Part shown: positions 45,725 through 45,728 of the stretch, piece by piece
How positions within the stretch are numbered: position 1 is the first letter of the stretch
How the letters are laid out: every line of letters begins with the position of its first letter
Origin: Candidatus Eiseniibacteriota bacterium
GTDB taxonomy: Bacteria > Eisenbacteria > RBG-16-71-46
Length of the DNA stretch: 45,728 bases
NCBI GenBank assembly: GCA_044451485.1
Contig: JBIOKD010000002.1
Span: 1 to 45,728 of the forward strand
Direction of reading: 5' to 3'
The notes under the pieces: generated by a model
What the model was told of the DNA's origin: nothing
The model's input: only the letters and a program-made list of their open reading frames with translations
The model's database searches: none
Translations under genes and position numbers: made by a program

Positions 45725-45728
45725 GCTC
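45721..45728. repeat. Probable start of palindromic element, copy 3 (cut by window end)
   Basis: The last 8 nt, CTAGGCTC, equal the first 8 nt of copies 1 and 2. Again the TAG is the stop codon of the preceding gene. Confidence 0.4.

Overview
Very GC-rich bacterial chromosomal window (roughly 70% G+C by eye, not computed). Strong G/C bias at third codon positions separates real frames from the many long antisense shadow ORFs. I call about 30 protein genes and 2 tRNAs. I saw no transposase, integrase, phage genes or CRISPR array.

Left third (1-16.6 kb), mixed housekeeping genes:
- a DtxR/MntR-type repressor running off the left edge, absent from the ORF track
- a rhodanese-methyltransferase fusion
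- a TPR + GWxTD protein
- a stand-alone receiver
- a SuhB-like IMPase, GTGA-coupled to a UvrD-type helicase with a 4-Cys PD-(D/E)XK nuclease tail
- an orphan family-5 solute-binding lipoprotein
- a 1572-aa gingipain (C25)-type protease with an FG-GAP propeller and a FlgD-Ig/T9SS-like C-terminal domain
- gltX followed by tRNA-Gln(CTG) and tRNA-Glu(CTC)

Exopolysaccharide operon (16.94-33.8 kb): it starts at a sigma70-like promoter with a ~290-nt structured leader and has 13 genes. They are a CapD-type dehydratase fused to a degenerate phosphoglycosyltransferase (PGT) domain, Wza, Wzc, 2 GT2, an O-antigen-ligase/Wzy-like protein, a NodB deacetylase, 3 GT4, a FemAB-like protein, a methyltransferase and a canonical PGT. 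Nearly all junctions are 4-nt ATGA/GTGA overlaps.

Regulatory module (33.9-39.9 kb): unknown ~8-TM protein, TPR lipoprotein, PrsK-like histidine kinase, PrsR-like sigma54 activator.

Right end: a deoxynucleoside kinase, a 967-aa DUF748 protein, and the start of a second EPS segment (XrtA-locus-type deacetylase plus GNAT).

The gene content matches the exosortase-A/PEP-CTERM type of EPS locus, yet the window shows no exosortase, no PEP-CTERM ORF and no Wzx flippase.

Main leads:
- the unknown membrane protein heading the PrsK/PrsR operon
- the catalytically degenerate PGT domain fused to the dehydratase
- a ~60-nt CTAG-capped palindromic element at three gene ends
- the structured operon leader

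All family assignments come from motif recognition by eye. No searches were run.
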